64,000 nt of DNA from Chloroflexota bacterium. Lineage in GTDB: Bacteria; Chloroflexota; UBA11872; VXNJ01. Below the pieces are notes generated by a model that was not told the DNA's origin, searched no databases, and was given only the letters and a program-made list of their open reading frames with translations. Positions within the stretch are counted from its first letter, which is position 1. Each line of letters starts with the position of its first letter. The stretch is taken from positions 384,001 to 448,000 of the forward strand of contig OZ253449.1 of the NCBI GenBank assembly GCA_965261345.1, written 5' to 3'. The translations under genes and the position numbers were made by a program. Below, piece after piece: positions 43,566 to 53,114 of the stretch.

Positions 43566-44942
43566 TTAAGTTCGGTCCTGCCAGGGCCCGCGGCTGCGCA
43601 GACTTTCCGGGGAGATTGGCGCCAACTGACCGCCGGCATCGGCGGTAATTTTTGAAAAGGCCTTCGCCACGGCTTGCGGATTGTCGGCCGCCAGGTTGTT
43701 GGCGCAGCCCGGATAGTCGTTAGCGATCGAAAAGAGTTGGACTTGGCCACCGTCACGATGGGCAATCATCCACCAGTCCAGGTCGCGGTAGAAGACGTAA
43801 TCGCCCATCGCACAGGTAACATACTCCCGTGCGACCGCCCCGGCGCCCAGGTCGATCCCGTCGAGCGGCAGCGGGGCCTCTATACCCACCCGCGCCAGCA
43901 GCGTCGGGAGGACATCGGTGTCGTAGACGAAATCTGACCGCACTTGCCCGGCGCACTGGCCATTGGGATCCCGGATCATCAGGATCACATCCATTAGTTC
44001 AGGGAGCATGTGCTCCCCGTCTTTTCCGATGTAATCGTGCTCGCCCAGGCAATGGCCGTGGTCGGAGATAACCACCACGACCGTATTGCGGGCCAGCCGC
44101 AGGGCGGTTAGGTGGTCTAGGAATCGCCCCATCCAGCGGTCGACCATGGTCACCTCGCCAGCGTAGAGCGCCCGGATGTGATCCAGTTCGGCGGCGGTGA
44201 TCGTATCAACGTCGATATAGGTGGGCCAGATATAGTCGCGCCCACGATAGTCGGGGTCGTAGTTTCGCCAGCGCCACTCCGGCGGATCCCACGGCTCGTG
44301 TGGATCAAACAGGTCAACACTCAGGAAGAAGCTGCGGTCACGGTTATCTTCCAGAAAGCGCATCGCCGCGGTGATCACCTGCGGGGCAAAGCAGTCCTCC
44401 TCCCGCTGGCGCGAGCTGGTGTTGGCCAGATAGCGGCGAAGCATCACGTCACGCGCACCGCCGAAATCGGAATCTGGCTGCACCTTCCGCACCGCCTCCA
44501 TGGGCACCGTCGCCGGGGAGCGCCATTGGTCATTTTCCTGGCCCCGGATCCAGCGAAACTGGTCAAATCCGCGGTGAAAGTTCATTGAAGGCTTGAACTG
44601 GTGGTAGGTATCAGTCACCAGGCCGGTGTGATACCCAGCGGCTTTAAATATCTCCGCCATCGTTACCCGCCGCTCGTCGATCGGGTGCCAACCCGGCCAA
44701 CGAACCCAATCGCCCTTGCGGCTCTGGTGATCGACGAAGGGAAAAAGCCGGCGGCCGGTGTAGAGCGTCTGGCGCACCTGGATCGTGGGCAGGCTCTCCG
44801 GATAGGGTTGAGCAAAGCGGACCGCCTCGCTGGCAAATTGGTCCAGGCAGGGTGTCGCGGCCAGTCCGCCGTAGCAGCCTACATGGTCGCGCCGCAGCGA
44901 ATCGATCACTAGCAGCACGACGTTGAGGGGTTCGCCGCTCAT
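43566..44942 (-). CDS. Sulfatase-like hydrolase (alkaline phosphatase superfamily), paralog 2
   Basis: IDSLRRDH, PTIQVR..LYTGR, DPHEPW, YAGEVTMVD, SDHG. Confidence 0.9.
   Translation of the reverse strand: MSGEPLNVVLLVIDSLRRDHVGCYGGLAATPCLDQFASEAVRFAQPYPESLPTIQVRQTLYTGRRLFPFVDHQSRKGDWVRWPGWHPIDERRVTMAEIFKAAGYHTGLVTDTYHQFKPSMNFHRGFDQFRWIRGQENDQWRSPATVPMEAVRKVQPDSDFGGARDVMLRRYLANTSSRQREEDCFAPQVITAAMRFLEDNRDRSFFLSVDLFDPHEPWDPPEWRWRNYDPDYRGRDYIWPTYIDVDTITAAELDHIRALYAGEVTMVDRWMGRFLDHLTALRLARNTVVVVISDHGHCLGEHDYIGKDGEHMLPELMDVILMIRDPNGQCAGQVRSDFVYDTDVLPTLLARVGIEAPLPLDGIDLGAGAVAREYVTCAMGDYVFYRDLDWWMIAHRDGGQVQLFSIANDYPGCANNLAADNPQAVAKAFSKITADAGGQLAPISPESLRSRGPWQDRT
44563..44612. repeat. 50-bp exact repeat shared by the two sulfatase-like paralogs (second copy 45949-45998)
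   Basis: TCAAATCCGCGGTGAAAGTTCATTGAAGGCTTGAACTGGTGGTAGGTATC at both sites. Confidence 0.85.
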
Positions 44943-46316
44943 CTAGACCATCTCATACCAGGGACCGGCCTGGCGCAGCTGCTCGGGGGTGAATTCAGGG
45001 AAGGACCCACCGGCTTCAGCGCGGGCGATCGCAAAAATCTGGTCACAGCGCGCGGGGTTGTCGGCGGCGATGTTGGAGCGGCAGCCGGGGTCGTCGGCGA
45101 GCGCGTACAAATGCTGATCGCAGCGCTGGTGGTCGCTGAAATACCAATGGCTGGAGTCGGCGTAAATTACGTAATTGGCGTAGCCGGAGACGGCATATTC
45201 GCGCCCCGGGGCACGGCCCTCGGCGACCGCCAAAACGTCGCGCCCGTGCATCGGCATCGGCGGTTCTACCCCCAGCTGACCGGCGACCGTGGGGGCCACG
45301 TCGTGGGTGTAGATAAACGAATCGCAGACCTGCCCGCCGCCGGCCCCGCCAGGCCGCCGGGCCATGAAAATGATATCGACCAGTTCGGGGTAGGGCGAGT
45401 GTGGCAGTTTGCCCAGCACGCCGTGATCGCCGAGGCTGTGTCCGTGGTCGGAGAGGACCAGCAGCAGGGTCTCATCCATGATCCCCAGATCCTGGCAATG
45501 ATCCAGAAAGATCCCCAGCCAGCGATCGACCATGGTAACTTCGCCCGCATACAGCGCCCGGATGTGCCCGAGCTGCTCGGCACTCAAATCGCCGCAGTCG
45601 CCGTAACTGGGCCAGATCAGGTCGGTGCCGCGATAACCCGGGCAATAACGGTCCACATACCACCATGGCGGGTCGAACGGTTCATGCGGATCAAAGCTGT
45701 CAACCATCAGGAAGAAATCCTCGCCGCGGTTGTCCTCGACGAATCGCATCGCCTCGGTAAATACCCTCGGAGCGAAGTATTCCTCCTCGTAACGGCGGGC
45801 GGAAACATTCGCCAGATAGCGGCTGATCCGGCGTTGGCCGGCCGGATTGTGCTGGGCTGGATAGCTGTGGGCGGCGGCGGCCTGCGGATCGATCCCACTG
45901 AGCGATTCAAAGCAATCCTGTTCCTGCCCGCGGATCCAGCGGAATTGTTCAAATCCGCGGTGAAAGTTCATTGAAGGCTTGAACTGGTGGTAGGTATCGG
46001 TCACTAGGCCGGTGTGGTACCCGGCGTTGCGCATGATTTCGGCGATGGTCACGTCGCTATCGGGGTTGGGCGCCCAACCCGGCACGCGCACCGAATCGCC
46101 CTTAAAACTCTGGTGGTCGCCAAACGGAAACACGCGACGCCCGGTGTGGATCGCCCGCCGCGTCTGGATGGTCGGCAGGGCCTCGGGCTTTGGGTTTTCA
46201 AAGCGCACCGATTCGCGCGCCAATTGGTCCAGCACCGGAGTGTGGATCGCCTCTGATCCATAGCAGCCGACGTGGTCGCGGCGCAGCGAGTCGATCACCA
46301 CCACAATTGCCTTCAT
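44943..46316 (-). CDS. Sulfatase-like hydrolase (alkaline phosphatase superfamily), paralog 1
   Basis: IDSLRRDH, PTIQTRRAIHTGR, DPHEPF, YAGEVTMVD, SDHG. Confidence 0.9.
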   Translation of the reverse strand: MKAIVVVIDSLRRDHVGCYGSEAIHTPVLDQLARESVRFENPKPEALPTIQTRRAIHTGRRVFPFGDHQSFKGDSVRVPGWAPNPDSDVTIAEIMRNAGYHTGLVTDTYHQFKPSMNFHRGFEQFRWIRGQEQDCFESLSGIDPQAAAAHSYPAQHNPAGQRRISRYLANVSARRYEEEYFAPRVFTEAMRFVEDNRGEDFFLMVDSFDPHEPFDPPWWYVDRYCPGYRGTDLIWPSYGDCGDLSAEQLGHIRALYAGEVTMVDRWLGIFLDHCQDLGIMDETLLLVLSDHGHSLGDHGVLGKLPHSPYPELVDIIFMARRPGGAGGGQVCDSFIYTHDVAPTVAGQLGVEPPMPMHGRDVLAVAEGRAPGREYAVSGYANYVIYADSSHWYFSDHQRCDQHLYALADDPGCRSNIAADNPARCDQIFAIARAEAGGSFPEFTPEQLRQAGPWYEMV

Positions 46317-46425
46317 TTTTCCGGCCAGGCTCCTCGGGCTGCGATCAGGCGATCAATTCCTCGAAATTATGGCTTTGGCGGCGCCGAGTTTCTGCGAATC
46401 CGCCGATTCCACGACGCCCGATCCG

Positions 46426-47289
46426 CTACTTCCCAGATTGCAGGTGCCGGCGAGCGCGATCGGCAATCTTGCCCTCCGGATCGATCGCTACTGCCTGGGC
46501 GAAATCGACCCGAGCCGAATTTGCGTTTCCCATCCGGCGGTGGATTAGGCCGCGATTGAAACGAGCCACCGCGTTGTCGCCCTGTTTGATCAGGCGATCG
46601 TAATCGAGCAGGGCATCCTGGACCATCTCGAGGCGCAGCAGGCAGTTTCCGCGATTTTGCAGGGCCGGGGCAAGATTTGGGTCCAGGTCGAGCGCCAACG
46701 AAAAATCATTGACCGCGTGTCGGAACTGCTCGAGCCGCATATAGGCAACCCCGCGGTCATAGATGGCCGGCCCGTTGAACTGATCAATCTCAAGCAGGCG
46801 GTCAAATTCGACAATCGCCTCCTTGAACAGATCGGCCCGCGCCAGCGCACGTGCCATCCGCAGCCGCAACGGGAAATCACTCTCGTTCGGGCGCAGCAAT
46901 TCCGACAGGTCGCGGGCCGCCAGGGCGTGCTGGTCCATTTTTTCGTAGCAAGCCGCGCGCAGGCCCAGTGCCACTTGGTTTTCGGGCTCGAGCGCCAGGA
47001 CCGCGCGCAATTGCTCAACTGCCGCGCGCAGGTCACCGAGCTGAATGTGGGCCTCGGCGCATCCCAGGCGGGCATCCAGGTCCTGAGCATCCCTGGCGAT
47101 CGCGGCGTTATAGGAATCGATTGCTCCCTGGTAATCGCCCAACGATACGCGGGCCAGGGCCAGCGAATTGAGAATCAGCAGGTTTTCGGGATCAAGTCGA
47201 AGGGCGGCCTCCAGATCTACCAGGGCACCCGCGTAGTCGGTTGATTCGATCTTGGCGAGGGCGCCTTCGATAAGCACGTCCGGGTCCAT
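46426..47289 (-). CDS. Tetratricopeptide repeat protein
   Basis: Repeated ~34-aa units (A..RG..Y....A..D...AL.LDP). Confidence 0.9.
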   Translation of the reverse strand: MDPDVLIEGALAKIESTDYAGALVDLEAALRLDPENLLILNSLALARVSLGDYQGAIDSYNAAIARDAQDLDARLGCAEAHIQLGDLRAAVEQLRAVLALEPENQVALGLRAACYEKMDQHALAARDLSELLRPNESDFPLRLRMARALARADLFKEAIVEFDRLLEIDQFNGPAIYDRGVAYMRLEQFRHAVNDFSLALDLDPNLAPALQNRGNCLLRLEMVQDALLDYDRLIKQGDNAVARFNRGLIHRRMGNANSARVDFAQAVAIDPEGKIADRARRHLQSGK

Positions 47290-47408
47290 CGTATTCAGTG
47301 CCAGGGCTCCTTGTTTGACGCCGCGCCGGCGGCCGGCGCCTGGTAGGGGACCAATTATCGATTTTCAGATAATTCCAGCGTTCGCCCTGTTCCAACATCT
47401 AGGCAATC

Positions 47409-48062
47409 ATGGGCCTTATTTCCGACGCCTCTGATCCTGGCCAATTCGTCGCCCGGATCCTGGCCTTTGTGGTCGCGATTTCGATTCACGAGTTCGCTCA
47501 CGCCTACGTGGCCGATCGCCTTGGCGACCCGACGCCACGCAATGCCGGACGGGTGACCGTCAATCCGTTGCGTCATCTCGACCCGATGGGAACTGTTCTA
47601 CTGGCGCTGGTGGGGTTTGGCTGGGGCCGACCGGTACTGGTCAATCCCTATAACTTCAATATTGGAATCCGCATCGGGATGGCGGTCGTCGCCCTGGCCG
47701 GCCCGCTTTCAAATCTTGTTCTGGCAGCCGCTCTGGCGCCATTGGCGAGGGAATCAGGGCAGCTGGGAGGCCTGCTTCCGGGCGCTGGCGGGCAATTCCT
47801 AATCGAGCTTGTACTCAACACCCTGTACATCAACGTCCTATTGGCGGTATTCAATATGATTCCAATCCCGCCGTTGGATGGATTTTCGGTTCTGCTGGGC
47901 ATCGTCCCGCGCGAGACGGCGATCCAGCTCGAGCGCGTCCGGCGCTATGGTCCATTCGTGCTGTTGGCGCTGCTTGTTGCCGGTCCATTCCTTAACTTCA
48001 ACATACTGGGATTCCTACTAAACGGACCGATCCGGATTCTGACCGGCCTACTGGTCGGCTAG
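47409..48062 (+). CDS. Site-2 protease family (M50) protein
   Basis: HEFAHA, GDPTP..AGR.T.NP..HLDP, AGPLSN, FNMIPIPPLDG. Confidence 0.92.
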   Translation: MGLISDASDPGQFVARILAFVVAISIHEFAHAYVADRLGDPTPRNAGRVTVNPLRHLDPMGTVLLALVGFGWGRPVLVNPYNFNIGIRIGMAVVALAGPLSNLVLAAALAPLARESGQLGGLLPGAGGQFLIELVLNTLYINVLLAVFNMIPIPPLDGFSVLLGIVPRETAIQLERVRRYGPFVLLALLVAGPFLNFNILGFLLNGPIRILTGLLVG

Positions 48063-49376
48063 GCGCCCGGAACAGACCAGTTCGGCGCATTTCTGGGCGA
48101 TGCGCACGTTGTAGTTGGTGCCGCGGTCCTCGGGATAAATCTGCGACGTATTGCAGATGAAAAACCCGTCCAGGGCGGTGGCGAACCCGGGTACCTGACG
48201 CTGGTATCCGGCCGCGATTACCGGTTGCGCAACCCTGTCGGCGCTCAGCCACAGGGTCTCAACCTGGCTCGGATCAAAGTTTGGATAAACCCGCCTAACG
48301 GACGGTTGATATTCGGCCAGTAGCTGATCCGCCGACAAGTCGAAGTAGCGATGGGAAGGATCAAGGTAGTTGCCAATGTAGAGCAGGTTGGCCCCGCCAT
48401 AGCGTTCGGGGTCGATGAAATTGGTGTGTTCGACCAACAATGGGAACGGAACCGCCGGGTCCGAGACGTTGGTCCAGTAGTAACTTGATAGGCGATTCCG
48501 CAACTGCAGAAGCAGTACCAGCGCGCCACGATAGGCGATCTTGGGAATCACGATCGCTTGTTCGTGATCGGGCAGCAGCCGGGCCAGAATCGGCAAGGCA
48601 ATCGTGCCAATGACCGCGTCAAAGGCGATTTCCCGCCCGTCCGACCAGATCGATCGTACCCGCCCGTTACTGTGTGAAATCCTAGAAACCGGTGACCGCA
48701 AGTGGATTTTGGCACCCATCCCGGTCGCCGCCTGGGCCAACGCCCGGGTAATTGCCAGGAAGCTGCCATCAACGTAGCCGAGCGACTCGCGCAGGGCAAA
48801 ACGCCGGCGCGACCTGGAACGCACGTGTACCCGGTTCCAGAACCAGGCCATCGAGACCGACTCCCAATGCTCGCCGAATTTGGCTTCCAGCAGCGGACGC
48901 CAGATCAGCGAAAAGGCTTCTTCGCCGGATAACCGTGGCAGAATTTCAGCCGCACGCTGGTCTTCAAACGGATGGTAGTTTGAGATTTTTTGCAACCGCA
49001 GTGCCGCCAACCCCAACCGCATCCGCGCACCGAGTGATATCGGCGTAAATTTGAGCAGATCCCAAGGGGTGCTAAACGGGCGCAGTTGGCCCCTGACAAA
49101 ATAACCCATCTGCGGGGATTTCCAACTCAAGCGGTCGGCGATTCGCAGCCGGCCCATCAACCCGATCAATTCGGGGCTGTCCAAAAATAGGTGATGATAA
49201 AAACGCTCAAGAGGCTCGCCATTTACATCGACCACCCCCAGCTCCCCGCCAATTGCCGCGCCGGCTTCAAAAACTTCAACTTGGAATCCCCGGCAGGCGA
49301 GCTCATAGGCCAGGGTCAGTCCGGTAATTCCGGCACCGATAACAGCGATCTTGTGGGTGCGGACGGGTTCAGACAC
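48048..49376 (-). CDS. FAD-dependent oxidoreductase (amine oxidase/protoporphyrinogen oxidase-like)
   Basis: VIGAGITGL, ERFYHH, YPEDRGTN. Confidence 0.85.
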   Translation of the reverse strand: MSEPVRTHKIAVIGAGITGLTLAYELACRGFQVEVFEAGAAIGGELGVVDVNGEPLERFYHHLFLDSPELIGLMGRLRIADRLSWKSPQMGYFVRGQLRPFSTPWDLLKFTPISLGARMRLGLAALRLQKISNYHPFEDQRAAEILPRLSGEEAFSLIWRPLLEAKFGEHWESVSMAWFWNRVHVRSRSRRRFALRESLGYVDGSFLAITRALAQAATGMGAKIHLRSPVSRISHSNGRVRSIWSDGREIAFDAVIGTIALPILARLLPDHEQAIVIPKIAYRGALVLLLQLRNRLSSYYWTNVSDPAVPFPLLVEHTNFIDPERYGGANLLYIGNYLDPSHRYFDLSADQLLAEYQPSVRRVYPNFDPSQVETLWLSADRVAQPVIAAGYQRQVPGFATALDGFFICNTSQIYPEDRGTNYNVRIAQKCAELVCSGRLADQ

Positions 49377-49485
49377 CAGTTGTTCCCATTAGGCCTGGGG
49401 AGAAATTCTTCGCATCGCAGTTCGCCGGCCTGGTGGCCACGGCTGACATTTGATTTTCGCCGCCACTTTAAAACCGGTGGAGTTG

Positions 49486-49923
49486 ATGTTTAGAAAGGCC
49501 ATCCGGACCAAACGCGATGGCCCCGCCAACGTGCCCATCGGCCTGTTCAATGAGCGCGAATCCGCTCTCTTTGCTCGCATGGCAGCGTGCGACCAGCGCA
49601 GTTGCCTGGCCGCCTGGACGGACTGTCAGGAACGGTTTCCAGACGATCTGGACCGGCAGCGGGCCGCCCTTCTTGGCCTGGTCGGCAAAGGACTACCCAC
49701 CTGGGTCCAAGAACTACTTGCCGGTGCGGCCGCCAGATTCGCCCCCGAACGGTTGGCTAGCTGGGGCCGGCGCGCTGATAGCTCATATCTTGCCCAGGTC
49801 GGCCGACTTGCCCACCACCGAGCGGCGGCCGTCAAATTCCTGGAACTGGCGGGGTCAAATCGCCGCGTAATCGAACTGGTGTCCGGTCGAATGGACGACG
49901 ACGGGCGGGCCGACCGGCGCTAG
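49486..49923 (+). CDS. Degenerate HD-domain-like protein
   Basis: LFARM...DQR and AALLGLVGK, compared with the family pattern DQRH and AALLHDVGK. Confidence 0.55.
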   Translation: MFRKAIRTKRDGPANVPIGLFNERESALFARMAACDQRSCLAAWTDCQERFPDDLDRQRAALLGLVGKGLPTWVQELLAGAAARFAPERLASWGRRADSSYLAQVGRLAHHRAAAVKFLELAGSNRRVIELVSGRMDDDGRADRR

Positions 49924-50072
49924 AAGTTTCACTGGCGGCACCGCAGAGGCATGCCAAGTGCGCGTTCGATGCACGCCCGTGCAGTGAGGATGCGGTCAAA
50001 ACGTAGGTATTGAGTCCGGCGCGGCGGACTGTCCGGGTAAGGCCCGCTATTCTGCTCGGACCGCTTGCCAGA

Positions 50073-50468
50073 TCAGCGTTTGGTGAACTGCGGTGCCTTG
50101 CGGGCGCGTTTAAGGCCGGGCTTCTTACGTTCCTTGGCACGGGCGTCACGGGTGAGCATGCCCGCCGATTTGAGGACCGGGCGAAATTCCGGGTTGTAAA
50201 CGTTAAGGGCCCGGGCCAATCCCATGCGAATCGCCCCGGCCTGGCCGGAATGCCCGCCGCCTGAGACCTTTATCGACGCGCCAAGTTGCCCGACTTCGCA
50301 GATCCGCAACGGCTCAGTCGCAACGATCCGATCCATCGGTACCGAGAAGTACTCATCCAGCCGTTTGCCGTTTACAACCACGTTGCCGTTCGTGCCAAAA
50401 AGGCGTACGCGGGCTGCCGCCTGCTTGCGGCGGCCGGTTCCGTAGTAGTACTTTTCATCGGGCGCCAA
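50073..50468 (-). CDS. rpsI: 30S ribosomal protein S9
   Basis: YGTGRRK, GGG.SGQAGA, KERKKPGL..ARKAPQF.KR. Confidence 0.97.
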   Translation of the reverse strand: MAPDEKYYYGTGRRKQAAARVRLFGTNGNVVVNGKRLDEYFSVPMDRIVATEPLRICEVGQLGASIKVSGGGHSGQAGAIRMGLARALNVYNPEFRPVLKSAGMLTRDARAKERKKPGLKRARKAPQFTKR

Positions 50469-50470
50469 GA

Positions 50471-50911
50471 TTAGTTCTCCGTGGGAAATTGAGCGGTGTG
50501 AGGATGTTGGGGTCCGGCATAGACATGCAGCCGGCGCAGAGCCCTGCGCCCCATCTTATTGCGCGGCAGCATGCCCTTGACCGCCAGGGAAATAACTCGA
50601 TCGGGGTGAATATCCAGCATCGCTTGCAAATCGCGTTGGCGAAGCCCGCCGGGATAGCCCGAATGACGATAGTATTGCTTCTGCTCGCGCTTGCGTCCGG
50701 TGACGGCGATCTTTTCAGCGTTAACGACTACGACGAAATCTCCCATGTCGAAGTTGGGCGAATAATCGGGTCGCGACTTGCCCATAAGAATCCCGGCCAA
50801 TTGGCTGGCTAAGCGACCGAGCGGTTGTTCGGCGGCGTCGAATAGTTGCCAACCCTTCTTGGCCTGGGCGGGCGCCTTGGCCACGTGGGTTTTAAATATT
50901 GGACTAGGCAT
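50471..50911 (-). CDS. rplM: 50S ribosomal protein L13
   Basis: [28 protein letters not shown]; start ATG 50911. Confidence 0.96.
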   Translation of the reverse strand: MPSPIFKTHVAKAPAQAKKGWQLFDAAEQPLGRLASQLAGILMGKSRPDYSPNFDMGDFVVVVNAEKIAVTGRKREQKQYYRHSGYPGGLRQRDLQAMLDIHPDRVISLAVKGMLPRNKMGRRALRRLHVYAGPQHPHTAQFPTEN

Positions 50912-51692
50912 CTTCGGCCACTGTTCTTTCTTGGCGCCCGCGGTGCGCAATCCTCGACCCGTATTCGACCGATCGCAAACTCAGCCCGTGGGCGGGCGCC
51001 GATGGGGCGACCAGCGCGCTGACACAGTCGGAATCAATCATTTCGGCGACGTCGGATCGCGCCCAGCGGGCAGTCCCGACCTGCACCAGGCTGCCAACGA
51101 TACGGCGGACCATTCGCCTGGCAAACGCCGATGCCTTTATGTCGATTACGACAAATTCGTTGCGACGGTGGCAGTAGCAGTCAAATACGTGGCGAATGAT
51201 TGGCCCCGGTTCGGAGGCGAACTGCGAGAAATCGTGCGTCCCGATAAATTCGGCCGCAGCGGCATTCATCAGTTCAGTCCGGAGGTGCGGTGGCACATGC
51301 CAAGCGCAAGCTTTATGCATCGGCGAGCGAGCCACCCGATTCAGTATCTGGTAGCGATAGCTGCGAGCCGAAGCGTTCCGCCGCGGATCAAAATCGGCGG
51401 CCACAAATGCGGTTTCGGTAACCGACAGATCGCGTGGCAACAACCCATTGAAGGCCCCGGTCAATTCGTTTTCGTTGAGGCGCCCAGCGTAGTCAAACGC
51501 GATCACCTGGCCGAAAGCGTGAACACCGGCGTCGGTTCTTCCGGCCCCGCACACGCGGCCCGGCGCACCGCCAAGGACCGACAGCGCCTGTTCCAATTCG
51601 CCTTGCACGGTACGCGCCCGATCCTGGACCTGGAAGCCCGCGAAACCGGACCCATCGTATTCGATGGTCATGCGCACATGTCGGCGTGGCAT
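50904..51692 (-). CDS. truA: tRNA pseudouridine(38-40) synthase
   Basis: [35 protein letters not shown]. Confidence 0.96.
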   Translation of the reverse strand: MPRRHVRMTIEYDGSGFAGFQVQDRARTVQGELEQALSVLGGAPGRVCGAGRTDAGVHAFGQVIAFDYAGRLNENELTGAFNGLLPRDLSVTETAFVAADFDPRRNASARSYRYQILNRVARSPMHKACAWHVPPHLRTELMNAAAAEFIGTHDFSQFASEPGPIIRHVFDCYCHRRNEFVVIDIKASAFARRMVRRIVGSLVQVGTARWARSDVAEMIDSDCVSALVAPSAPAHGLSLRSVEYGSRIAHRGRQERTVAEDA

Positions 51693-51695
51693 TGT

Positions 51696-52046
51696 CTAGA
51701 TAAGCTCGATCTGCGCCAAGCGGGCGGCGTCGCCCTTGCGGGCGCCGATCCGGTAAATCCTGGTGTAGCCGCCCTGCCGGTCGCTAAAGCGCTGGGCCAG
51801 CGGACCAAACAACTTGTCTATGACGATTTCGTCCTGCATCTGCGCAAACGCCTGGCGGCGGGCGTGCTGATCGCCACGTTTGGCCAGCGTGATGAGGTGA
51901 TCGGTTAGTGGACGAATGGCCAGTGCGCGTGGGTGGGTGGTTCGAATCTGCTCATGAATGAACAGCGAACGCACCAGGTTACGCAGCATCGCCCGACGGC
52001 TGCCGGTGTCCCGCCCGAATCGACGTTTCTTGACCCGATGTGTCAT
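51696..52046 (-). CDS. rplQ: 50S ribosomal protein L17
   Basis: R.AMLRNL, LITLAK, GGYTRI, R.GDAA. Confidence 0.96.
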   Translation of the reverse strand: MTHRVKKRRFGRDTGSRRAMLRNLVRSLFIHEQIRTTHPRALAIRPLTDHLITLAKRGDQHARRQAFAQMQDEIVIDKLFGPLAQRFSDRQGGYTRIYRIGARKGDAARLAQIELI

Positions 52047-52073
52047 TTCCCAGTCCCGCGATCCAATCGCCGT

Positions 52074-53051
52074 CTAGTCGGCCTTGGGAGCGGCGTGCTG
52101 GTCGAGCGCGGTTTCTATTTCAACCGCCGCCTTCTCGCCGACCCCGCTTAACGACTCGAGACGTCCGTCAGTCCGTAATTTCACCAAGTCCTCAACGAAC
52201 TGGACTTGACCGGACCGCTTGATCGTATTCATGATTCGCCGCGAGAGCAACTCCTCAATGGTGTCCAACGGCGTCTTGTGGCCAACGTCTTGAGTTACCT
52301 CAACCACTACCCGCTCGCCGACCGAAACCGCGGCGACGTGTTGGAGTTCGGTAATCAGGCGTTGCGCGGCATTGGTAACCGCGTCCACCGGAGCGATCGA
52401 ACCGTCGGTCCAGACCTCCAGTGTGAGCCGGTTATTGTCGGTCGCCCGACCAACGCGAACATCGTCGACATTGTAGTTGACGGCCTTAACTGGCGAAAAC
52501 AGCGAATCCATGAGGATCTCGCCGATATCGCGTTCCTTGATCTCATGTTGCTGTTCGCTGCCGCGATAGCCCACCCCGAGCTCGACCCGCATGTCGACCC
52601 GCAACTCACCCTCGCCAACAAGTGTCGCCAGGTGGTGGTCGGGGTTGACGACCTCAATCTCGGGCGGAATTCGGATGTCCTTGTCGGTAACAATTCCGGG
52701 GCCGGCGAAATCGATGGTAGCGGCCACCCCGGGGTCCACGCCGTAGTCGGTTGAGTGAAGGGTTTCAGAGCGCAGCCTAAAACGGGTCTCCTTCAGGTTG
52801 AGGATGAACTCGATTAAGTCCTCACGCATGAAGGGAAGCGTTGAGAATTCATGCAGGCAACCCTCGATCTTCACGCGCGTGATGGCCACGCCGGGCAGCG
52901 AGGAGAGCAGGACCCGGCGTAGGGCATTGCCTAGCGTATGACCGTATCCGCGCGCCAGCGGACTGGCTTCGAACCGACCATAGTCGTCAGTCGCCTCGAC
53001 CGCGTGCACCCGCGGAGCTTGCGCGGTTTCAATTGCCAATTGGGCCTCCAT
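52074..53051 (-). CDS. rpoA: RNA polymerase alpha subunit
   Basis: PL.RGYGHTLGNALRRVLLSS.PG, HEFS, D.LFSPV, LEVWTDG. Confidence 0.96.
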   Translation of the reverse strand: MEAQLAIETAQAPRVHAVEATDDYGRFEASPLARGYGHTLGNALRRVLLSSLPGVAITRVKIEGCLHEFSTLPFMREDLIEFILNLKETRFRLRSETLHSTDYGVDPGVAATIDFAGPGIVTDKDIRIPPEIEVVNPDHHLATLVGEGELRVDMRVELGVGYRGSEQQHEIKERDIGEILMDSLFSPVKAVNYNVDDVRVGRATDNNRLTLEVWTDGSIAPVDAVTNAAQRLITELQHVAAVSVGERVVVEVTQDVGHKTPLDTIEELLSRRIMNTIKRSGQVQFVEDLVKLRTDGRLESLSGVGEKAAVEIETALDQHAAPKAD

Positions 53052-53114
53052 ATTAGTCAGATTTGCTGTTTTTGTTAGGTGTTGAAGGGCAGAAAAGATT
53101 CACGCCACAAGCGA

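Noticed and set aside
45111-45974. 287-aa plus-strand ORF and many similar nested or antisense ORFs
   Set aside because: They lie wholly opposite well-supported genes and show shadow-ORF composition.
46317-46425. Possible small ORF between the TPR and sulfatase-like genes
   Set aside because: Under 20 codons, with no RBS or motif support.
50778-51908. 376-aa plus-strand ORF
   Set aside because: Antisense shadow of rplM/truA/rplQ with no recognisable motifs; typical of GC-rich DNA.
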